Positions 49,212 through 59,902 of a stretch of 64,000 bases of DNA are shown here, in pieces. Below the pieces are notes generated by a model. That model did not search any database, was not told where the DNA came from, and was given only the letters and a program-made list of their open reading frames with translations. The stretch comes from Octopus sinensis (taxonomy: Eukaryota): assembly GCF_006345805.1 (NCBI RefSeq), contig NC_043009.1, forward strand, positions 19,530,001 to 19,594,000. The letters run 5' to 3'. The number at the start of each line of letters is the position of its first letter. Positions within the stretch are counted from its first letter, which is position 1. The position numbers and the translations under genes are program-made.

Positions 49212-52200
49212 ATTGATTGATTGATTGATTCCAGTTTCAGCTCATGAGCTGTGGCCATGCTGGGGCACCGCCATTTGGTGTTGCTACTTGGTTTCACTTC
49301 ATGGAGGCTTTCTAGCAACTGCTATTTGGTGCATGAGAGAGTTCGATGCAGCTGCCCTCATCTGCCCCTCCTGCCGTGAAGTTGGTTCATCTGGGACACC
49401 TGACAGGAAGAGATCCAGCTCCATTTTAAAGACATCTGTATCCACCCCATGCAGGTCTCTCAGGTTCATCGGGAGGATATTGAAGAGCTGTGGGCCTCGG
49501 AAGCCTAGGCTATCACAGAATCTTGTCCTACATCTTGATGGCAAGTTTGGAGTCCTAGGCACCACGCAGTGGCGCCCAGCTCTGGCGTTTGCGTAACTCT
49601 CGATGCCAAAGTTCAGGACGCTTCCCTCCAGGATCTTCCAGATGTATATTATGGCATATCTTTCCCGCCTACGCTCCAGGGAATATAATTTTAATCTCTT
49701 GAGTCTTTCCCAGTAGCTTACATTCTGCATAGAGGCTATCTTCTTCGTGTAGCTTCGTTGGATCGCCTCAAGTTCTGTGATCAACTTGACACTGGATGGT
49801 GACCATAGCTGAGAGCAATAGTCAAAGTGACTTAGGACAAGTGTCTTCCAGAGGACCATCATGGTTTCTTGTTCTCTTGTTCTAAAGGTTCTAAGAATCC
49901 ATCCAGCCAGGCGTCTGCATTTCACTGTCAGTTTAGCAACATGTACATGAAAGGTCGCGTCATCACTCATGTGAATACCCAGGTCACGCACTGATTGTGC
50001 CTCTGGGATTGCAATCCCTCCGGGTCCAGTGTATTCCTTGGGTATTGCATTCAGTTTTGCATGCTGATAGTATAAAGCTTGAAACTTTTCAGCATTGAAC
50101 TGCATGCTATTCTTTTCAGCCCACTTGTAAATTTCGTCCAGCTCATATTGCAGGTGCCTAGTGTCTTCAGGGTTCTGTATTACCTGTGAAACTTTTGTAT
50201 CATCTGCATAACTTGTGATCGTGGCTCTCCGCGTGGCTGAGGGCATGTCTGAGAGGGCCATTATGAACAGTAGTGGTCCCAAAACAGTGCCCTGTGGAAC
50301 ACCGCTCACTATTTGCGTGCTAATGGAAGTGGCCCCATTGGCTACTACCACCTGACTTCTATTCTTCAGAAAGTCGTGAAGCCATTCTCCTAGTTTTCCA
50401 ACTATGCCAAGATCACGCAGTTTGTGACATATCATTCCATGATCGACTTTATCGAAGGCCTTTGCGAAGTCGAGATATATGACTTCCACATTTGAGTGGT
50501 TGAGCAGTTGTTTCAGCACCCAGTCATAGTGCTGCAGGAGCTGAGTTAAGCAGCTTCTTCCTGGTCGGAAACCATGTTGGGTGTCAGGCAGCAAGTCATT
50601 TTCTTCAAGGAAGGTGATTAGTTTCCTTCTGACTATTCGTTCCATGACCTTGCTGATGTGTGAGGTCAGAGAGATAGGTCTGTAGTTCTTGGCCTCCGCT
50701 CTGCTACCTCCTTTATGAATAGGGCATATTTTACCTTCCTTCAGTTTTCTTGGAAGTTTGCCAGCTGCAAGGAAGCTCTGAAAGAGGAACTGCAGTGGTC
50801 TTGCTAAGACTCTCTTACATACTTTTAGGAGGATTGCCAATCCATCGGGGCCAATAGCTGAGTCTATTTTCATTTCATCTATAGCCTTTATTACATCATC
50901 TTCCTTTATATCGATGTAATTTAACGTCGCCGCCTCTGATTCTATATCTGCAGTGGTAAAAAAGTCAGTTGGATTGCTGATTTGGAAATGCCCAAGGGGT
51001 GGAGTGAAAACACTCTTGAATTGTTCATTCAGTATTTCACTTACCCTCATTGGTTTTCCTGTGAGTGTGCCATCCTTTTCAAGGAGTGGCCCTATCCTAC
51101 AGTGCACCGTAGCTGTTTCTTTGGCATACCTGTAGAAAGCTCTGGGGTTAGTTTTTATGTTGTCTATAGCCCAGGCTTCTTTGTCTGCTCTTTCCTTCTC
51201 ATGGGAGAGTTGCAGACAATTTTCAATTTCCAACAGTTTTATTTTCAGGCGGGACTTTTCACTGCTTTCAATTTGTTTGTTTAGGCGATTTGAGATTTTT
51301 GTGCGCCGTCTCATTAAAATTTTTCTCTCTCTGGGGATTTTGTTCTTGTGTACAGTGGCCTTTCTCTCTGGGACACATTTGTAGCATATGGCTTGCATTA
51401 CAGACATGAATTGTTGAAGTATCATGTCGATGTCCGGCGAGGAGAGACATTCAGGCCAGTTTTGTTTGAGGATCTCTTTCTCAATTTGTTTCCAGTTTGC
51501 CTTATTGAAGTTCAAGCTGGAAAGACTCTGAGGGTTTCTTGTAGGCTGCATGTCCGTGCTCTCTTTTGGCCCGTACATGGTCAGCTCTACCATGTTGTGA
51601 TCCGAGAGTAGTGTCGGTGTCACTTTCACATTATGGATGAGATCCATATTATTTGTGAAACAGAGATCCAGTGTGTTACCCGCTCTGGTTGGTTGGAGTA
51701 TTACTTGCTCCATGTACAGGGTGTTGGTGAGGTTCAGGAGGGACCTCGCCTGTCCTCGTTCACATCTTGTCATTCCTGGGAGAGAAAGGCCCTCGGGCCA
51801 TCTGACATTCGGTAGATTGAAGTCTCCCATGAGAAGTACACTTATGTGTTGTTCTAATGTGGTTAGAACTTCTTCTATTTTTAAAAGGCAGTCCTCAAAC
51901 TTGCCCATATGACTTGGGGCATCTGGAGGGCGATATGTAGCACACACACTACATCAATTTGCCTTATGTGTACAATTAGTGTGTCACACACCGAGTTTGA
52001 GTATGACAAAAGGACCTGGGGTGTGAGGTCCCCACGGATGTACATAGCAACTCCTCCATGACTCCTTTCTTTCCTGTCGGTCCGTAGTACAACATACTGT
52101 GGTATGTGTAATTCCGCATCTGCTATGTCCGGTTTCAGATGCGTTTCTGTGAGTGCTATGCATAAGGCTTGATTGCATGCGACAAAGTCTCTCAGGAACG

Positions 52201-52215
52201 GGACTTTTGTCCTGT
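49212..52215 (-). mobile_element. Young 5'-truncated CR1/L2-group LINE (APE endonuclease + RT, ORF2 nearly complete)
   Basis: The 882-aa ORF 51947-49299 has EN motifs (MGDFNLP, TLDLCFTN, SDHN) and RT motifs (GVPQGTVLGPLLF, YADD, DLG). The EN N-terminus (ALTETHL, HGGVAMYI) continues in another frame to about 52215. It has a short 3' UTR, an (AATC)n tail, and TATG duplicated at 49208-49211 and 52216-52219. Confidence 0.93.
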
Positions 52216-52342
52216 TATGTTATTTTTTCGGACGAGTCATCCTTTACCTTATTTCCAACTACCAGCCGAGTATACATGTGGAGACAGCCAAAAGAAGCAT
52301 TTGACACAGACTGCCTTCTTTCAACTGTTAAACATGGAGGAG
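52216..52342 (+). mobile_element. Tc1-like transposon, continuation after the LINE
   Basis: VIFSDESSFTLFPTTSRVYMWRQPKEAFDTDCLLSTVKHGG resumes exactly the WKY|VIFSDE reading broken at 49211. Confidence 0.85.
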
Positions 52343-52494
52343 TTTAGCGTCTGCTTTCCATGCTAGTATGGGTTGGACGGTTTAACTGGGGTCTGGGAAG
52401 CCAGAAGGCTGCACCAGGCCCAGTCTGACGGCTGGATGCCTTTCCTAACGCCAACCACTCCGTGAGTGTAGTGGGTGTTTTTTACGTGCCACCG

Positions 52495-52605
52495 TGATGA
52501 TGATGGAGGATACTGACTCCTTACTTGTTTTTCTAAAATGCACCATAAATGTTCAATAATATTAAGATCTGGAGACGGTGGTGGCCAGACATGTTGTCTT
52601 CCTCT
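52495..52605 (-). mobile_element. Tc1-like transposase C-terminal fragment in inverted orientation
   Basis: Minus-strand QHVWPPPSPDLNIIEHLWCILEKQVRSQYPP contains the Tc1 WPxxSPDLNxIExLW motif. Confidence 0.75.
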
Positions 52606-52774
52606 TTCCATCTCTTTTCTCTCATTCTTTTCTGTAGAAGAGCATAAGTCTGAAACGTCAAAGACTTTCATTTGATCTGAGTGCCAAAATAATACACCTT
52701 GTTTGTTGTTCCCCCATTCGTTTGTTTTTTGTCTTGTATAATTTTGAACCACACACATATATATATATATATAT

Positions 52775-53540
52775 AGGCTGTGTGGTAAGAAGCTTGCTTC
52801 CCAACCACATGGTTCCAGGTTCAGTCCCACTGCATGGCACATTGGGCAAGTGTCTTCTACTATAGCCTTGTGAGTGGATTTGGTAAATGGAACCTGAAAG
52901 AAGCCCGTCATATATATATATACACACACACACATATATATATATACACACACACACATACTCTTTTACTTGTTTCAGTCATTTGACTGCGGCCATGCTG
53001 GAGCACCGCCTTTAGTCGAGCAAATCGACCCCGGGACTTATCTTTGTAAGCCCAGTACTTATTCTATCGGTCTCTTTTGCCGAACCGCTAAGTGACGGGG
53101 ACGTAAACACACCAGCATCAGTTGTCAAGAAATGCTAGGGGGACAAACACAGACACACACACACACACATACATACATATACATATATACGACAGGCTTC
53201 TTTCAGTTTCCGTCTACCAAATCCACTCACAAGGCTTTGGTCGGCCCGAGGCTATAGTAGGAGACACTTGCCCAAGATGCCACGCAGTGGGACTGAACCC
53301 GGAACCATGTGGTTGGTTAGCAAGCTACTTACCACACAGCCACTCCATACATACATATGTATGTGTTTGTCCTCCACCATCGCTTGACAACTGATGTTGG
53401 TGTGTTTATGTCCTGTAACTCAGTGGTTCAGCAAAAGTGGTAGAATAAGTACTAGGCTTACAAAGAATAAGTCCTGGGGTTGATTTGTTCGACTAAAGGC
53501 GGTGCTACAGCATGGTTGCAGTCAAATGACTGAAACATGA
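52775..53540 (+). mobile_element. Older SINE A split by the young opposite-strand copy
   Basis: The 5' half at 52775-52955 and the 3' half at 53355-53540 are collinear on the plus strand around the minus-strand copy. Confidence 0.78.
52961..53346 (-). mobile_element. Young full-length tRNA-derived SINE (family A)
   Basis: A-box/B-box-like head (GTGGCTGTGTGGTAAG...GGTTCCGGGTTCAGTCCC), central domain, internal (TA/TG)n, tail GGCGGTGCTCCAGCATGGCCGCAGTCAAATGACTGAAACAAGTAAAAGAG; CpGs intact. Confidence 0.88.
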
Positions 53541-53769
53541 ATGCATGTGAGCTTGTGTGAATCCATTGCTATGGATAGTGATATTTGCTGATGTTTCCCT
53601 GCCAACAAATCCCCCAGTAGCTACGTGCTTTCCAAGATAATTTAGAATGAGAATTCCCTTATTTGATAGACAGATAAGGGTTAAAAACTAGAAAGGTATC
53701 TGTCAAAAAACCAATGTCTCAGTAATATGCATTGATCTAACCCATGCCAACATTGAAAAATAGCTGCAA

Positions 53770-56700
53770 AAAAAAAACATCTCATCTCAAATCTGGTCTT
53801 TCTGTCGCTTAATTCTCTAACCCATCTTTCCCAACTTCCACTCATAGAAAATTATGCACACGACCGCAAACCCTTCCATCTCAAATCTTGCCTTTCTTAC
53901 TTTCGTCTAAATCTCGTCTTCTCCCAGTGCCCGGTGTCGTTTTTGCCCCTCTGTTATCACCATGTCTCTCTCCCTCCCTCTCTCTCTCTCTCTTTCTCTG
54001 CGGTGTCGTTTTCTCCCTCTGTTATCGCTGTCTCTCTCTCTCTCTCTCTCTATATATTTCACTTTCACTCGCTACCACAGGCTTCTACCCACACATCTGC
54101 TCCCCCTCCCCTATAAAACCCTACGCACGAGGCTTGACCGCCCTTATTATTGCTTTCCTCCTGGCTATAACACACGAACTACGAACCGCAGGATGTGAAT
54201 AATATCAGCTAAGTCATATTTAAGTTCACGACCTGTCCCCTTTCATTGTTTTTGCAAGGTATTATTCACCATAAAGCCTTATTATTGTGTCCCCCATATA
54301 TGATCGTTATCCTTCGTCTCAAATGCTAGCTGAAGCATATAAACTTCGCTCACAACACTTATTCACACGACCGCAAAAAAAAAAAAAAAAAAAAAAAAAA
54401 ACCATCTCGTCTCAAATCTGTCTTTCTGTCGCTTATTCTAACCCATCTTTCCCAACTTCCACTCATAGAAAATTATGCACACGACCGCAAACCTTTCCAT
54501 CTCAAATCTTGCCTTTCTTACTGCCCGCCTAAATCTCGTGTTCCCCAGTGCGCAGTGCGCCCGCCCTCCCGCCCCCACACCCCAGTACCGGAAGTCCTTT
54601 TATCTCACCTTGCCTTCTTCTTTGCTTTTCTTCCATGAACACCTAAAGGGCCTTAAACCAATACCACCCCTTCTATATATGGTGGTGACCATACGGCGCA
54701 AAAACATGTTAGTGCAGTGTAACAGGTGAACTTAAGCTCATTGCTTTGCTTATGAATTCTGCCAAATGCGAGTTTTCTTCTTCTTCTTTTCATTACATGA
54801 CGGCACTGCTCCCCGTCCCTGGGCCTCCGGGTCATACCTTCCACCCCTCAGGGTGGGCACCCTCAACGCTGGCACACTGAAAGGTAGGTCTGGCGAGATA
54901 GTCGAGAGATGCTTGAACGGAGACGTGTTGACGTATGTTGTATGCAAGAAATAAGGTGGAGAGGAGGATCTGCTAGGTTCCTCACAGGCAAGGAACACAG
55001 GTACAAGATTTTCTGGGCAGGGAACACTGACGGGGTTGGTGGCGTGGGTATACTTATCGCTGAGAAATGGATAGAGTAATTGAGGTAATCAGAGTAAGTG
55101 ACAGAATACTTAAGATTAGAATATTGCTTCATAATAGATTAGCACCATTATATCGGCCTACGCCCCTCAGCCAGGGCTACCCGATGGACAGAAAGACAGT
55201 TTCTATGACACCCTACTGCAGACCACCCTCATGACGAACGACAGGGACCTTCTCTTTGTGGCTGGTGATTTCAATGGGCATGTTGGACGACATGCTGGGG
55301 GCTTCCATGGCGTGCATGGAGGCTACGGTTATGGTTCCCGCAACGAGGAGGGAGGAGAACCAGGCTGCTGAGTTCTGCGATGCGAATAGTCTTATGATCT
55401 GCACTAACTTCAGGAAACCAACACGCACCTGGTCACCTACCGATCGGGCCGGCATACTAGCCAAATCGACTACAATCCTCGCCAGAAAAAGGGAAGAGGA
55501 TGCTGTTATAAATGCCAAACCTTCCCAGGCGAAGAATGCACCCCACAACATAGACTGGTAGTTAGTGACTTTAGGATCAGGACTAAGAGGGCGACTAGAA
55601 GACGACCAACATGGAGAAGAAGGGTCTGGAAGCTTAAAGACCCTGCGAATGGACAGAGATTTAGAGATATGTTACTTGAAGCCTTTGACGAAGGGGGTAT
55701 AGCTACACATGGGGTAGAAGACAACTGGACGTTTCTGAGGGACAACCTGCTGAAAGCCGCTGACCAGATCTGTGGCTGGTGCAAAGTCCCCTTAAGACCC
55801 AAAATAACATGGTGGTGGAACAATATTGTTGATAGGGCTATTAGACAAAAGAAACAGGCTTGGAAGGCCTGGAAGAACGGTGGTAGCAGGGAAGTGTATC
55901 AGACTGCCAGAAGGGAAGCTAGGAGACAGGTCTATCTAGCCAGAGGGGAAGCAGATAAAAGAAAATTTGCCAATGTCCTGCGCCGTGAGGATGAAAGACT
56001 TGAGGTATTTCGTGTGCAAGACAGTGTGTGAGAGAGAATCGAGATGTGGTAGGAGAGAAATGTGTTCGCATGGAGGATGGTTCACTTGCGCTAAATGAGG
56101 ATGCAAAGAGAGAAGCTTGGAGACGCCACTATGAAAGGTTGCTGAATGAGGAAAATGAATGGAATAAAGAGAGTCTGCCGAATGTTGACCACCAACAGAG
56201 GGACCAGCTATCCGAGTTGATAGTTCCGTGGTAGCTAAGGCAATTAGAAGCATGAAGACAGGGAAAGCCCAGGCCCATCAGGAATTACTGCAGAGATGCT
56301 CAAAATATCTGGTAGTGTCGGCTATAGCATAGTCACCCATATAGTTAACCAGGTGATACACGAAGGAGTCATACCCAATGACGGGTGTAGCAGCATAATA
56401 GTCAACTGCTACAAAGGTAAAGGCGATGCCCTAGATACAAATAACTACACAGGGGCATCAAGCTGTTGGATCAGGTAATGAAGGTTACGGAGAGGGTTAT
56501 AGCCCAGTTAATTAGAGAGAGAGTTAGCTTAGATGATATACAGTTTGGTTCGTGCCAGGGAAAAGTACTACTGATGCTATATTCCTGGTAAGACAGCTGC
56601 AGGAGAAATACCTAGCCAAGGTAAGCCCTTGCCTGGCTCTTGTTGACTTAGAGAAAGCCTTTGACAGGGTCCCCCGATCCCTTATCTGGTGGTCAATGAG

Positions 56701-59700
56701 GAAACTAGGGATAGATGAATGGTTAGTGAGAGCTGTGCAAGCCATGTACAGAGACGCAGCTAGTCAGGTGAGGGTTGGCAACGAGTACAGTGAAGAATTC
56801 CGGGTAGAGGTTGGGGTCCACCAAGGTTCAGTCCTCAGCCCCCTCCTCCTATTTATCATAGTCCTCCAGCAATAACGGAAGAATTTAAGACAGGATGCCC
56901 CTGGGATCTATATGCTGATGACCTTGCTCTAATTGCTGAGTCACTATCAGAACTGGAGGAGAAGTTTCAGGTGTGGAAACAAGGATTAGAATTGAAGGGC
57001 CTTAGAATCAACCTAGCCAAAACCAAAGTCCTAATAAGTAGGAAGGTGGACCAACCACAAACGACTTCAGGTAGATGGCCCTGCTCGATCTGTAAAAAAG
57101 GTGTAGGTAGAAACTCTATAAGGTGCACCAAGTGTAAGCTATTGACACATAAGAGGTGCAGCAATGTCAAAGGAAGGCTAACTAAGAAAATAGTTTTTGT
57201 CTGTGGCAGATGCTCAGGAGAAATGAACACTGGAAATGTGCAGAGACCAACTTCTACCACGTTCCAGGGAGACAAACTAGAAGTAGTTGATAGCTTCCGC
57301 TACCTAGGAGACCAAGTCAGTAGCGGGGGTGGGTGTGCTGAAAGTGTAACTGCTAGAGTAAGAATAGCCTGGGCAAAGTTTAGAGAGCTCTTACCCCTGC
57401 TGGTGACAAAAGGCCTCTTGCTAAGAGTAAAAGGCAGACTAGGTGGTGAAGCACGACCTTCGAACTTTAGGTCTCACCAAGGAAATGACTGAAGACCGAG
57501 TCCTATGGAAGTGTGCTGTGCATGAGAGGACCCGGCAGGACTAGTCAGGCCATATCCCGTGGCCCCTACCTGGGACGTAGTCGATCCACCTGTGCATACC
57601 TTCCTTCTTGTGACACTTGTGAAGACCTGCTGAGGCAAGTGAAAATCAATCAAAATAGATGAACATCAATGGAATTTGTATCTTGTGGTACCAGTGCCCA
57701 TGGCACACAAGAAAACCATCCGAACGTGGCCGTAGCCAGTACCGCATCGCTGCTCCGTGCTGTGGGAACATGGTGGCACATAAAAAACACCATCCGAAGA
57801 CCCGGCAAGACTAAGGTCATAACCCGTGGGCCCTACCTGGGACGTAGTCAGTCCACCTGTACATACCTTCCTTCTTGTGACACTGTGAAGACCTGCTGAG
57901 GCAAGTGAAAATCAAATCAAATCAAAACAAATCAAAATAGATGAACATCAATGGAATTTGTATCTTTGTGGTACCAGTGCCGGTGGCGCACAAGAATCCA
58001 TCCGAACGTGGCCGTAGTCAGTACCGCATCACTGGCCATCGTGCTGTGGGCACATAACAAACACCATCCGGTCGTGGCGGTACCCCACCAAGAATCCATC
58101 CGAACATGGCCGTAGTCAGTACCGCATCACTGGCCATCGTGCTGTGGGCACATAACAAACACCATCCGGTCGTGGCCGTTCGCCAGCCTCATCTAGCACC
58201 TGTGTCGTGGCACATAAAAACACCTTCCGAAGACCCGGCAAGACTAGTCAGGCCATAAACCATGGCCCCTACCTGGGACGTAGTCAGTCCACCTGTGCAT
58301 ACCTTCCTCCTTGTGATACTTGTGAAGGCCTGTTGAGGCAAGTGAAAATCAAAATCAAAATCAAATCAAAACAAATCAAAATAGATGAACATCAATGGAA
58401 TTTGTATCTTTGTGGTACCAGTGCCGGTGGCACACAAGAGAAAACCATCCGAAAGTGGCCGTAGCCAGTACCGCATCGACTGGCCTCCGTGCTGTGGGCA
58501 CATGACAACACCATCCGATCGTGGCCGTTTGCCAGCCTCATCTAGCACCTGTGTCGGTGGCACATAAAAACACCATCCGAAGACCCGGCAAGACTAGTCA
58601 GGCCATAACCCATGGCCCCTACCTGGGACGTAGTCAGTCCACCTGTGCATGCCTTCCTTCTTGTGACACTTGTGAAGACCTGTTGAGGCAAGTGAAAATC
58701 AAAACAAATCAAAATAGATGAACATCAATGGAATCTGTATCTTTGTGGTACCAGTGCCGGTGGCACACACTTTGTGGTACCAGTGCCAGTGGCACACAAG
58801 AGAACCATCCGAACGTGGCCGTAGCCAGTTCCGCATCGACCGGCCTCCGTGCTGTGGGCACGTAACAAACACCATCCGATCATGGCCGTTCGCAGCCTCA
58901 TCTGGCACCTGTGTCGGTGGCACATAAAAACACCTTCCGAAGACCCGGCAAGACTAGTCAGTCCACCTGTGCATACCTTCCTTCTTGTTACACTTGTGAA
59001 GACCGGTTGAGGCAAGTGAAAATCAAATCAAATCAAAATAGACAAAATAGATGAACATCAATGGAATTTGTATCTTGTGGTACCAGTGCCTGTGGCACAC
59101 AAGAAATCCATCAGTGCTGTAGTCAGTGCGGTGGGCACATGACAAACACCATCCGATCGTGGCCGTTCGCCAGCCTCATCTAGCACCTGTGTCGGTGGCA
59201 CATAAAAACACCATCCGAAGACCCGGCAAGACTAGTCAGGCCATAACCCATGGCCCCTACCTGGGACGTAGTCAGTCCACCTGTGCATACCTTCCTTCTT
59301 GTGACACTTGTGAAGACCTGCTGAGGCAAGTGAAAATCAAAACAAATCAAAATAGATGAACATCAATGGAATTTGTATCTTTGTGGTACCAGTGCCGGTG
59401 GCACGGGGCACATAAGAAAACCATCCGAATGTGGCCGTAGCCGTACCAGTACCGCATCGACTGGCCTCCGTGCTGTGGGCACGTAACAAGCACCATCCGA
59501 TCGTGGCCGTTTGCCAGCCTCATCTGGCACCTGTGTCGGTGGCACATAAAAAACCATCCGAGCGTGGCCGTCTGCCAGCCTCGTCTGGCACCTGTGTCGG
59601 TGGCACATAAAAAACACCATCCGAGCGTGGCCGTCTGCCAGCCTCGTCTGGCACCTGTGTCGGTGGCACATAAAAAACACCATCCGAGCGTGGCCGTTTG

Positions 59701-59902
59701 CCAGCCTCGTCTGGCACCTGTGTCGGTGGCACATAAAATCACCCACTACACTCTCGGAGTGGTTGGCGTTAGGAAGGGCATCCAGCTGTAGAAACACTGC
59801 CAGATCTGACTGGACTGGTGCAGCTTTCGGGCTCCCCAGACCCCAGTTGAACCGTCCAACCCATATGGAAAGCGGACGTTAAATGATGATGATGATGATG
59901 AT
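53770..59902 (+). mobile_element. Long degraded RTE-clade LINE with amplified 3' UTR
   Basis: EN motifs from about 54847 (LRVGTLNAGTLKGRSGEIVE, GDFNGHVG, IDY), RT motifs (DLEKAFDRVP, GVHQGSVLSPLL, YADD at 56911-56922, FRYLGD), many frameshifts, a C-terminal deletion near 57450, and a (GAT)n tail. The 5' boundary is uncertain. Confidence 0.88.
57529..59737 (+). repeat. Tandem array of six RTE 3' UTR units (about 270-520 bp) with internal 63-bp sub-repeats
   Basis: Unit anchor GACCCGGCA(A/G)GACT at 57529, 57799, 58232, 58582, 58942 and 59220; four near-identical 63-bp copies at about 59491-59737. Confidence 0.9.

Noticed and set aside
49225-51912. Plus-strand ORFs overlapping the CR1 ORF
   Set aside because: Antisense shadows of a long coding frame with no independent signals.
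53270-53346. tRNA genes at SINE heads
   Set aside because: Only A/B-box remnants; no complete cloverleaf, and they are fused to SINE bodies.
57625-57650. CTG(C/T)TGAGGCAAGTGAAA in each array unit as a hammerhead ribozyme
   Set aside because: The core is not CUGANGA, stem II is not formed, and no consistent stem III or NUH site is found.
57529-59737. CRISPR-like look of the repeat array
   Set aside because: Eukaryotic context, no unique spacers, no cas genes; the units are duplicated RTE 3' UTR.
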